From Paraphysomonas bandaiensis (taxonomy: Eukaryota > Protista > Chrysophyceae): a stretch of 64,000 bases of DNA. Under the pieces are notes generated by a model. That model was not told where the DNA came from, made no database searches, and saw only the letters and a program-made list of their open reading frames with translations. The translations under genes were made by a program, and so were the position numbers. The stretch covers positions 62,001-126,000 of the forward strand of contig CBFFRP010000079.1 of NCBI GenBank assembly GCA_965644295.1, given 5' to 3'. This document shows positions 39,047 through 49,567 of the stretch, piece after piece (position 1 is the first letter of the stretch; each line of letters opens with the position of its first letter).

Positions 39047-39558
39047 GATGTTGTCGAAAAATATTGTATTTAAGAGTGTTTAATGAGCTGGTTGGTATGC
39101 AATCGTGTTACATTAAAATTATGATGTTGATGAGATCTTATACACGAAATCTATCTATTTATGAACCACACAAGCAACAGAATACAGAATTCATTTATAT
39201 CCAATCATTTCATATCAGAATATATTCTTATCCAATCATTTATTGAACATATCATGAGGAAGTGAAAAAAGTGAATAAAGTCATAGATATGGACATAAAT
39301 TGGACGAAAGATTCCTTCAAATTAACCAAAAAAGGAATCTAAGAATTCTAAATATCGAATCTCATATTCTGTATTCTGATATGTACGTATGAATATTATT
39401 CTAGAAATTTTATAGACCAATCCTTCATTATAGAAGCGTATCTTAAAGAGACACTCAGTTCATAGAGTTTGGGATCTACTTGACTGCAAGATTGCATTAA
39501 ACAAGATCAGATTCATATTCATTGTAATCTTGCAAGAAATTCATAAATTATTAAGATT
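39047..39558. promoter_or_regulatory. Putative bidirectional promoter of the two intronless enzyme genes
   Basis: 512-bp head-to-head spacer. TATCCAATCATTT occurs twice (39198, 39229); the inverted 12-mer CATATCAGAATA lies at 39211-39222 and 39372-39383. Confidence 0.55.
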
Positions 39559-41340
39559 ATGTCAAATTTAAGTGTTCATCTTTGTGTCACTAAAGATGTT
39601 GATGAAGTACATCAAGCAAAATGGTTGGAAATGGCAAAAGAATTATGTGAGAAATCTAGACAAGAAGATGGATGCATATTTTATACATTTGTAAAGAATC
39701 CATCAGTATCTACTCGATTTGTTATTATTGAAGAATGGGCATCACAAAGTCATTTAGAAGCACATTCAAAAACGGAACATTTTACACGTTTAGTTCCATT
39801 AATGGATGCAATCAGCTCAACTCCGTGTTTAGATATTTGCAATGAAGTTGATTTTAATATGCCTTCTAAAGGACATCCTGGTCGTATATTGGTATTATTT
39901 GACTCATCAACTTATTGTACGGAACGAATGGCGGAATTTATTGCTGAAGGTGTTCGTCAAGTGGGTTTGTTTGATGTACGTATTCGTGTTGTTCCTGGTC
40001 CTTTCAATACCTGGGATGCTAACCAGGAACAACGATCTAGTCACCCTGAGGCGACCTTTGAGGATGTATTATGGGCTGATGGTATTGCCTGTGGGACACC
40101 AACTAACCTTGGAGGCATCTCTTGGCGTATGAAGAAGTTCTGGGACGATTTCTCTCAGGCTGGTCACTTTGGTCGAATTGATGGCAAAGTAGCATGCTCT
40201 TTCTCCTCCCAGGGCGGGGCCGCTGGAGGTGCAGAGCTCGCCAATATGTCTATGAATCATGTCCTCATGAATTTTGGAATGTCAATAATTGGTATTACTG
40301 ATTATGTGGGATTTAAGTCTACTCTTCACTATGGAGCTGCATGCGCGAAAGCCCCACGTGACGACTATGACCAACTCGCCTGTCGCCGATTGGGTATCCG
40401 TCTTGCGGAGTTCGTGGGCCTATATCTACTTGGGTTTAAAGAGCTACATCCACTGCGTGCTACCAAGGCTTGGGACCACGAGAGGTGGGGTTATCCGGGC
40501 ATCCCATCTAAGACTGCGACTTTGGAAGATGTCAAGGAGCATGAGGCGGCCTGTCAACAGCGTCGCAACCTTACTTCTGCTGTTCTGAGCCGCAGATCTC
40601 CTTACGTGCCCCCAATTACCCAACCTACCCGCCGTGCACTCATATTTACTAAAATGTGTGATTTTGTTCATCATTCGACTCCAGCGGCGGCTTCATGGGT
40701 CCACCAAACGTGTACATCACTAGGACTTCAGGCTGTTGTGTCTGGAGACAGTTCACTCCTTGAGACTCCATCCACTACATTTGACCTTATAATCCTTGTC
40801 AACAACTCTGGTGAAATATTTGATGTTTCCAAGGAGACTTTGACAGCGCATGTTGAGGCCGGAAGAGGTGTTGTTGGAGTTCATGCGGCCCTGGCCTGCT
40901 TCCTTGATGGCAAAGACGCTTCCGGTGCCACAAAACTCGGCTCCACCACCAATGTCATTGAGTCTGTGTTTGGTGCTCATTTCCGTAATCACCCTCCAGT
41001 ACAGTCCGGTCAAGTGACAGTACATTCCTCTCGTGATACGCTTGGGGGTTTACCCACCATTCCAGACACATTCACCCATACGGATGAGTTTTTCAATTTT
41101 TCTCGTAACCCAGCTGATGATAAGGATTTAACTGTTATTGCATCGGTGGACGAAACTACGTACGAAGGAGGGCTCATGGGAGCTAAGCATCCGGTTGTGT
41201 GGCATCGTAGAGTTGGTGCGAACAAGGCTCCTGTGTTCTACTCAGCGCTGGGTCATTTTGATCATTTTTACAACGGCCTCGGGCCCAACTATGTGACGGA
41301 ATTTTTGAAAGCCGGCATTGAGTACTGTCTCGCGAATTAA
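39559..41340 (+). CDS. Intronless triple fusion: ABM/YgiN-like monooxygenase, WrbA-like flavodoxin NAD(P)H:quinone oxidoreductase, ThuA-like (class I GATase-like) domain, 593 aa
   Basis: ABM: SRQEDGCIFY...F.IIEEW.S..HLEAH..TEHF. WrbA: ILVLFDS...TERMAEFIAEG, ADGIACGTPTNLG, DGKVACSFSS.GG..GGAE. ThuA: LIFTK..DFVH, G.GVVGVHAA, DEFFNF..NP, GGLMG.KHP..W, FYSALGH. Confidence 0.88.
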   Translation: MSNLSVHLCVTKDVDEVHQAKWLEMAKELCEKSRQEDGCIFYTFVKNPSVSTRFVIIEEWASQSHLEAHSKTEHFTRLVPLMDAISSTPCLDICNEVDFNMPSKGHPGRILVLFDSSTYCTERMAEFIAEGVRQVGLFDVRIRVVPGPFNTWDANQEQRSSHPEATFEDVLWADGIACGTPTNLGGISWRMKKFWDDFSQAGHFGRIDGKVACSFSSQGGAAGGAELANMSMNHVLMNFGMSIIGITDYVGFKSTLHYGAACAKAPRDDYDQLACRRLGIRLAEFVGLYLLGFKELHPLRATKAWDHERWGYPGIPSKTATLEDVKEHEAACQQRRNLTSAVLSRRSPYVPPITQPTRRALIFTKMCDFVHHSTPAAASWVHQTCTSLGLQAVVSGDSSLLETPSTTFDLIILVNNSGEIFDVSKETLTAHVEAGRGVVGVHAALACFLDGKDASGATKLGSTTNVIESVFGAHFRNHPPVQSGQVTVHSSRDTLGGLPTIPDTFTHTDEFFNFSRNPADDKDLTVIASVDETTYEGGLMGAKHPVVWHRRVGANKAPVFYSALGHFDHFYNGLGPNYVTEFLKAGIEYCLAN

Positions 41341-41774
41341 GATATATTTCCCTCCTAGACAATACAAGTTAGAGCGCGTGCATAATGCAAAAGTGTGTGT
41401 ACATGAGCGAATGATTATCCATTTTAAGTAGAGTGCTGACGAAGTAGAACTTCTATTGCCTCGAATTTTGAGAAATATTTTAATCGTAATTCTTGTGTTC
41501 AGCACATATTAAGAAGATTTCTTCAAATTCATCTTACTAGCATATGTAAAATCATGATAGGCGGCTTAAATATGTAGAATGTAAACTGCCCACATTTGAG
41601 CACTAGGGCATTATAAATGTAAACACGCTTGCGAAAATCAGTCATAACAATCTTTACTCTGCTAAACAATCTCTCACATATATTGGTAGTGCTTCACGCC
41701 AAAGTATCGTGTTAGTAAGTACTTATTTACACTTTCATGTGATACCATCCTGATGAGTAAATAATAACGATATG

Positions 41775-41952
41775 CTTCAACAAAGTTGGACTCGCACCTC
41801 TTATATAACGTGAGCCGCATATATAGATATATTTTGTCAGCAGATAATATCAGATATAGATATCAGAGTTAAGCACTAGTTAGTTGAATTGTTTTGCTGC
41901 AAATTAATTCTGACTCTTACACGCCAATTGCTACTAATAAGCCTTTCACTAC
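41775..41952 (+). mobile_element. Internally deleted copy of retroposon family A
   Basis: Carries the family 5' end (CAACAAAGTTGGACTCGCACCT..CGTGAGCCGC) joined to the 3' end (GATATCAGAGTTAAGCACTAGT...ACGCCAATTGCTACTAATAAG). Confidence 0.6.
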
Positions 41953-42095
41953 AGCTATCCAATAATTATATTCGAATATTGTTGCACACACACACACTAC
42001 CGTTCCTCTCTATAATAATGCAATACTTGAATATTTCGCAAACATGTAGAGGTTTTCAGTTAGTTCTCTGCCATCGATCTTTAACATGTTATTGC

Positions 42096-42595
42096 CCTCA
42101 ACAAAGTCGGACTCGCACCTTTTCGTGGTGTTCTGGGGGATAAGTACCGGAGAGATTCTCTCTGGGAAACTAACGTGAGCCGCAAACATAGTCAGCAGAT
42201 ATTCTTCTGCCCACTCATAGCCGAATGCTTGTGTGATACAAGGGACACTAGAGTAAGTGTCACTTGTGTAGACGTCTTTGGGCCCTGACGAATAAACAGG
42301 CACCAGGGAATGGGCCCACCTCAAGGGCATCCGGGGCAGGGCTCACCTGAAGGGTAGTCGGGGTATTGGGCTGCCTGCTGAAGTCAAGCATCCGGGATGT
42401 TCACCTTGAGAACTCAGAGCGGAAGTGGTCGCACCTTGGTGCTTGCGGCGACGCACAAGCAGCTTCCGAAGCGTTAAATGGTAGGATAAAAGAAGTGTGT
42501 ACTGATTAGTTACAGGTAGAGGTCTAACTAGTTTGTCTAGCATTCATCTACTAGCTACTTTCAACGCCTATTGCTAATAATAAGACTTTCAATAT
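42096..42595 (+). mobile_element. Apparently full-length 500-bp SINE-like retroposon (family A) with 12-bp TSD
   Basis: Perfect direct repeat ACATGTTATTGC at 42084-42095 and 42596-42607. Homologous to 52800-53244(-); 3' tail shared with 22460-22650. Confidence 0.8.
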
Positions 42596-43477
42596 ACATG
42601 TTATTGCTCTTGCATCTTGAGCGCTGAGGTTAGACTGTATATTGACCACAGGTAATAATTAATAGTCAATTAATAGAAGCAAGCTGGAATCGATTATTGT
42701 TATAAATTGATACACAGCTCTCATACTGCCACATAATTATGCCAAAGTGTCTGTGCACATACATCATAGTTCTTCTATGCTATAATATACAGCTTAAGGT
42801 GCTACATGCTATATATAATGAAGCCAGCCAATTAATTGACAACATTTTCCAGTAATAATAATTGAAATTATTTGGCTGACTTAATCATTTTTAAAACCAA
42901 TTAATTTAATTATCTAATCCAATTAATTGCTATGCAAGCCTGGTAGTTAGGTAGTTAGGTGGTTAGTCCAGGTCAGTATTTCCGAGTATTTTTTATTCAC
43001 GCTAATTCCTCTAGTCTCTAGAGGACCACTAGTAGAAAATGTATAGTATGTAATACTGACAATGTGAATAAAGCAATAGTTGTAGCTTGCTGACTCTAGT
43101 GACTAGGAAATACTTCAAATACGCTTTTATTGTATATTAACGTGCAGAATTACATTAGTTAAAGTGCGACCAAAAACAAGAAGAATTCTTGGATATACTT
43201 CCAAGGTTCTACAGAATTACGGTACAATTGTATGGAATATAGGGCCTTTAAAATAGCAGTGGTAGTGTGGTAGTTATACTATCATGTCACAAGTCATCAT
43301 AAATTCACATACTTTATTAATACTTGTAACACTACAAGTAAACATTCAGCAGTCACATGACATACTATTAGAAGATATAATGATTACGCTGCCCCGTCAA
43401 TAGGGTTAGCTCACACGAACGATTAGATGTGGTAACTATATAATTGAAATCTAACACAACGAACTACAACAAGAAAA

Positions 43478-44903
43478 CTAGAAAGACGAGAGTCCTCCTG
43501 TACGAACCATGGGCACAGGGTGGCCAGGTGGTGCATTGGGTGGCTCGACATACGACACTGGAGAGTGAGGAACCGTTTGTCCAAAGTCCAAAGATGGAAC
43601 AGCTACACGGCTACCACCACGACTTATGGGGTCAACTTGAGGGGTGGATCGTCTAGATTCTGCTCGAGACGAGTTGTTACTCGGTCCATCCAGCCGACCA
43701 CTATTCGCTGCAGATAAAGTGACCTCAGACTTGTTCGGTGACATGGCTCCAATTCCAGGAGATGCTCCAGCAAGATTACGGGGCTGTGCGGAACCAACTC
43801 GTGTGTTTCCATCAGTCAGACGCGACCATACAGATGTAGGCCGCGCAGGAAGTGGTTTTAGGTTTACCTTCGTGCTGAATACCGGGTCGTACCCGCGATC
43901 TATAGTCTCATGCCAACGCTCATATGATATGCGATTCAGTCGGCGGCTGTCATCTAATTCCTCCTTTTCATGAGATATATCTTTCGTTCGTCGAAGGATC
44001 TCTTCGCGGCCTTTATATTTGCTCAATGACCGTTCATCGACAGATATGAAGTTCTCTGGGTGAGTCATTTCCTGGTTGATTATGTTGTACGTATTTCCTT
44101 CCGCATGTCGGACACTGCAACACAAAATTACACCCATATATAAAAAATAACAGTATGCATAAGTACACACCATGGCGGACGCATTTTCTCTTGGGATTCT
44201 TGTCGAGCCTTCACTTTCTTCTGTGTCTCTTCGCGATATATCCTTTCTTTTTCCGCATCATACATGGATACCTTAATCGGATCGTACACTCGAGTCCTCC
44301 AGTATCGCTCACGCATTTCATTAGCCACCTTTTCTTGGTCTTGTTGCGCTCGTTCCTCATCATTCTGGTTGTACTTATTGGATAATATATTAAAGTCGCG
44401 GCCACGATGAACGGTTGTTGTAGAGAAAACAGTGGCCGGCCTCCTGCATGCCATGTAAAAATCTTCGTCGAACTCGACAGGAGCTGCCTTGTGAAACTTA
44501 TTTTGGAAGTGACTTAGTATATTATAATCTCTTGTGCCGCGAACGCGACGATCTATTGTGATATTAGGTGCACTGTGACCCTTGTGTGTAATAATATTGA
44601 ACTTTTGTCCAGCCATTTTATTGTCTTTCTTCTTTACAGTGACTGTCTTTTGGAAATTTTCTTCCTTGATTGGATCCCTGTACTTCATCAGTATAGGATC
44701 AACCTCTCTTTCCATCGTTCTTCGCTGTATATATATAACATAACCTCACACACTATTTCATATAGAAGGTAACGAACCTCTAATAAGCCGATCTTTTGAA
44801 CAGGAGCCGCTTGTTCAGGCTTCCATGGTAATGTTTTCTTTGAAGCTTCATATGAACGAATGGTATCACCCCAGCTACTCTTCTCCTCATATCCCAAAGA
44901 CAT
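43478..44903 (-). CDS. Hypothetical protein with recurring (Y/F)N(I)I/YDP motifs; 3 exons
   Basis: Three ORF segments joined by short GT-AG introns. Motifs FNIITH, YNILSH, FNILSN, YDPI, YNIIN and YDPV. Confidence 0.7.
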
Positions 44904-45756
44904 TTCTTATGTATTTATGGTATTACACACTATCAAATGCACTGCTTTGTTGTATATTGAACTATGAAGCGTACACTATCTACTAGACAATACTATAGTA
45001 ATATATATCCACTATTACTACTATTCACAGCAAGTTTATGTTGTTGACATGAGCCTTATGAGCATGCAATAGTTAATAGCTATGGGTGGTATATATATAC
45101 ATACCCATCTGAGCGATAGACTCATACATACATGTACATATACATACATATACATACATACATATACACTAATTACAGTTGTAAATGACGGTTACACTGT
45201 AAACTATACTTTGATTTTATCCTTAAAAATTAGGATATTTATATAAATCCATAATATTAGACAAAAATGATTTATAAATGCATAGTTTTCGGGAAACCAT
45301 GAAATAAAAATCAGCTATTTTAGAGGCAGTTACACCTCAACCTGCCAATATGTGTTTTTCGATTGGAAATCCCTAATTTCTAGAATATAAAATCAAAATT
45401 ACTATTATTCTATACTAAATCATATGAGCTTAGTATTAAAATTCCTTGTTTTTAAGACTCTAAAATAAAAGCAAGCCTGTATATACTCTCATTGTGTACT
45501 GACTACGATGTACATAGCTTTCATATGCATATCTATTGCAGCCCAGCCCTCTTATAGTAAAGTGAAAGTATTCATAGATTGAACGAAGTATTAAAGTCAT
45601 AAAGTGATTAATTTGATCCAATCATATTATTGTATTAATATATTGAAGTTCAACCTAAATTTATTCTTTTATTGAATTCTATCAAGAAATTCATTTAATT
45701 AATAAATATTTTCATTCATACATACATTCATACATACATACCTTCATTATAATCTA

Positions 45757-48605
45757 ATGAGTATATCTGAAACTAAGTCAAGATATAAAGGTGATGTATT
45801 GAATTGTATTAAACATGGTCAAGGAAGATATGATTATCCTGGTGGAGTTTATTCTTATAATGGTTTATGGAATAATGGTGTGAAACATGGTAATCAGTGT
45901 AGTTTTATGATATCAAACTATAGTACATATGAGGGTGATATACAACATGGAGAGATTACTGGTAATGGTAAAAGGGTATGGATGGATGGTAGAGAGTATA
46001 CAGGTGAATGGAAAGATGGGGAAATGCATGGTAAAGGTGTATGGAAGAGTAGTGATGGGAAAGAGATTTATGAAGGAGAGTTTAGAGATAATAAACGACA
46101 TGGTAATGGTCATTTAAGATTATCTAATGGAGATACATATATGGGTGAGTTTGATACTCATAAATGTCATGGTAGAGGGTCATATTTGAGTGAACATTCA
46201 TTGTTTGTTGAATCGGATTATCAAAGTGGTGTGATGGAAGGACAATGCAATATACAATGGCATAAGACTGCTTCCTATGCTGGATCAGTAAGAAATGGCA
46301 TGTTGGATGGTTTAGGGCATTTTGTAACGCAAGATGGTGGATATGAATTTGAAGGTAATTTCCACGAGGGTTTCCCTGTATACGAGGTGGGTGGTGTCAG
46401 TGTGAAGCTTGATCGCGGAAAAGTGACCGAACCAGAGGCTGGCAAAAAGGACAAGAAGAAGAAGCCGGCTGGGAAGAAAGGCCAAAATGAGCCAGAGACC
46501 ATGGCATCTGTCCCTCCAGGTGGAGAAATAGGACAAGTAATAGTGGGAGTAAAGTATGATGATGATGGAGTGTCAGTTGCCACAGGAGGCAGCCAAACTT
46601 CACAAGAACCCACTGCTGGGGTGTGTATCCACCTTCCTAATGCGAATGAATTGCGGAGAAAATTTAACCTGCGAATGAGAAATTATATACCTCCTCCACC
46701 TCCGGGAAAAGGCGAAAGTCCTCCAGAACCTGATCCCGAGAAAGAACTCGGTGATATCGTCCCCCTATGGCGCAGGAATTTGACTTTAGAAGAGGCAGCA
46801 TGTGCATGGGATCGATTTCCAGTGCGTTGTTTGCGCTATGTGTCGGGGGTTAATATTCTGACAGGTATTGCATATTAGATACTGTGCGTGAACTATTGTA
46901 TGCGTATTTGTTGGGATATATGCTGCCTCTGTGAAATTATTATCTCAACTAAAGCGTTAACATCGCTGCAGGAGAGCAAGTTGTGGCAGAGGGTGATGCA
47001 ACACAGTTCATTCAACAGGAGTCAGGAATTATTGCTGCAAAAGTTCTAGCGGACTCAAATAGTAGCGTTTCTATTACACTACAACCAGTTGACATGGCAG
47101 GCGCAACCGAACTCTTGTCATTTATTGCAGATTTTCTTATTCAAGTAGCTTCTCTTGTTGACTGGTACGTGACCAAGGCTGTCTATGTTTCATACATATA
47201 CCTATATATGCCATAAGTAAATGGAGTTTTTCATTTCATAATGCTTCCATTATAGCAAAGAATCATTGGTCGAAGGGCAAGTTTACAGAGTCATCCCTGT
47301 GGTGTCGCTCTCCCATATGCTTGGCGGCCTGGAGGGGAAGAGCCGAATGGATCTTGTTCTGTTAGTTCCTGCAGAATATGTCCGCTCGCAGCAAGAAGAT
47401 GCTGAGGGCAGTGAAGAGGAAAAGAAGCCTGAAGAAGTGGTGTGGTCCAAGTGTGTGTGGGAATTGCGTCTGTGTCAAAAGCCTAATATGCCTCTTGCCT
47501 CTGAAAGCGACCAGTGTGGGGAAGGAAACCAAGCGTCCATTGCACAGGAAAATAGAGAAGATAATGGAACAACAGAAGGTGATGGAACAACAGAAGATAA
47601 TGGAACAACAGAAGATAATGGAACAACAGAAAGTAATGGAACAACAGAAGGTAATGGAACAACCGAACAAAACGGAACAGCAGAACAAAATAATGGCACT
47701 CCAGAGGAAGATATCACTGTACTGTCTCGATGGTCAGATGCGAGTTCATTTGACCCCTCAGCGTGGCACTCAATAGCACTTACTCTCCACAAGCAACGGG
47801 TTGATGCGTCCTCAGGGGAAGCTCCGTCTAGCCCTAGTTCTAGCTCTCTTGTGGAGCTCACAGTGGATGGAGCGGGTCGTATGAAGATGGAAGGGCAGTC
47901 AGCTGAAGGAACTGCTGCGGCGTGGTTACCCGAGCATTCTGCGGCTCCATCAGGTGTGTAAATGCATACTGCCTTTCAACAGCTGTTTATGTTGTGTCAC
48001 TATAACGTAATTCTTCTATTTTTGTTTATCTTTTTCTCATTCCAACATATAGAGGAGTCAGACTCTGTGAGTATGATCTATCGTGTTGGCTATGGGGCTG
48101 GATTCGGAGGGCTGGTCAAAAACATCGCAGTATGCACAAAGTAAGATATTTAGACTATGCAGTCTGCGCTCTATTAAAGTATTGTAACAGAAATGATCGA
48201 TGTGATCTACAAAAAGCAACGTCGTGTTTCTCAGAGCGAGATAGGCGTGAAAGAGAAATTAATGCCAGAATTGACTCCACTCTAGGTGAAAATTCTCCGA
48301 GTGGAGACGAAGAGAATCACGTCATACCTCCGCAGTTTGAACCCGTTGATTGTATTGAGTTTTTATCATGCGGTGGGAGGGCAGTTATTGATGGTCTCGT
48401 AGTACCTTCGAATACGCCGCCAGGAACGTATGTACTGGAAGTATATGATGTAATTGACGAGAAATGTGTAAAGCGAGAAGTAGATCCACAGACCCCGAGT
48501 GGTTCTTTTTCAGACGCAATGCAACGTGTAAAAGAGTTTTCTCGTGTAATTCCACTTGTAGGTAGTTCCAATATGACCTACAAAATCACTGTAAGTGCCG
48601 TATGA
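45757..48605 (+). CDS. MORN-repeat protein (MORN1-like N-terminus) with long C-terminal region; multi-exon
   Basis: About 8 MORN repeats (Y.GEW..G.MHG.G; YEGEF.DNKRHG.G). Downstream exons are linked by GT-AG introns. Contains a (E/D)NGTT coding repeat at about 47555-47700. Confidence 0.85.
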
Positions 48606-49090
48606 TACGACTTCATTTATATAGGTAGTAAATATTATTTGTGCTGATCTCAAAGTAATAAGGACATCTGTGTTCTTTCTGAAGTTTCATCCATAATAGA
48701 TCCAATGCATCATTGTTTATGTGTGTATTATTCATATTTCGGAAGCACATAATATTCAAGTAGTTCACAATATATATGTCCTATGTCCAAATTGCGAATT
48801 ATCTTTACTCTTTCATCTTCAGAGAAGAGTGTTGACCAGTAGTTTTTGCATGTTGGTAAACGATCAAATGCTGTAGTTAACGGCTTTAAAATTAGAACTG
48901 TGCGTAGGTGATGAATGCTGAAGCTAAATACAACTTTGTATGAAATTAAAGAAATACTACGAATTGCTTTACACAAACTGAAAAGTAGTGACTGTATTAG
49001 CTTGTGCCTCTCTCTTCAGCTCTTCAGTACTAGTTGTAGTTGTAGTTCAATATTTAGTACTGATGCTGTTGTAGAATAAAGAATAAAGAG

Positions 49091-49567
49091 CTAGCTACTA
49101 CTATACAAATTACAAATGATATACTTTATATGCATATGATGGCATAATTCATTGGGGGTAACATCAAAAACAACAGCTGAAGAATTGCTTGCATCAACTT
49201 GTCCTCGGTTCAGTTGATGTGGTTTAACTAAAACAACACTACCCGCCTGTAGGAGTTCCGCCCCATCGGTTGGAGAGTGAGAGATGAAAAATCTTTTCAT
49301 CCTTTCGTCTTGGTCTGTGAATGCTGCACTTGCTGCGTTACGTTTCGCCCTCTTGATAGAGTATTACCATGCTCATTAACCAATACTTCAACAGACTCGT
49401 TCGTTGAAGGCTCTGAGTCATAGTCCGCGACAACATTAATCATAGGTATCTTAGCTACAAGCTCTTCTAAATCCTCCGCTGTTTAGCGTTTGTGTCTCCG
49501 AAATGAGTAGATCACTAAGACCTTTTCTAGGATGTTGTTCAACCAGCAGCATGTAAGGAGTAGTGAT
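49091..49567 (-). pseudogene. Degenerate C-terminal fragment of a KRBA2/SCAND3-like (Ginger-type) integrase/transposase
   Basis: Broken frames read TPYMLLVEQHPRKGLSDL, then TAEDLEE, then R.AA.....Q.ERMKR...G..VLV......RG..D..N...VV, matching my recollection of the post-integrase region of these elements. Confidence 0.45.

Noticed and set aside
36650-41340. Bacterial contamination or chimeric assembly of the intronless pair
   Set aside because: Both genes share the host's AT-rich 5' gradient and lie between a spliced host gene and host retroposons, with no operon-like packing. Long-read continuity would settle it.
41745-41775. CTGATGAG hammerhead-like core just upstream of a retroposon copy
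   Set aside because: The required GAAA is GATA and no convincing stems form.
42010-42543. ORFs of 106 and 66 aa on the minus strand
   Set aside because: They are antisense to the SINE-like element and not preserved in its other copy.
42649-42942. AATTAATT-rich stretch ending GCAAGCCTG, possibly an old MITE
   Set aside because: No clear TIR pair or TSD could be defined.
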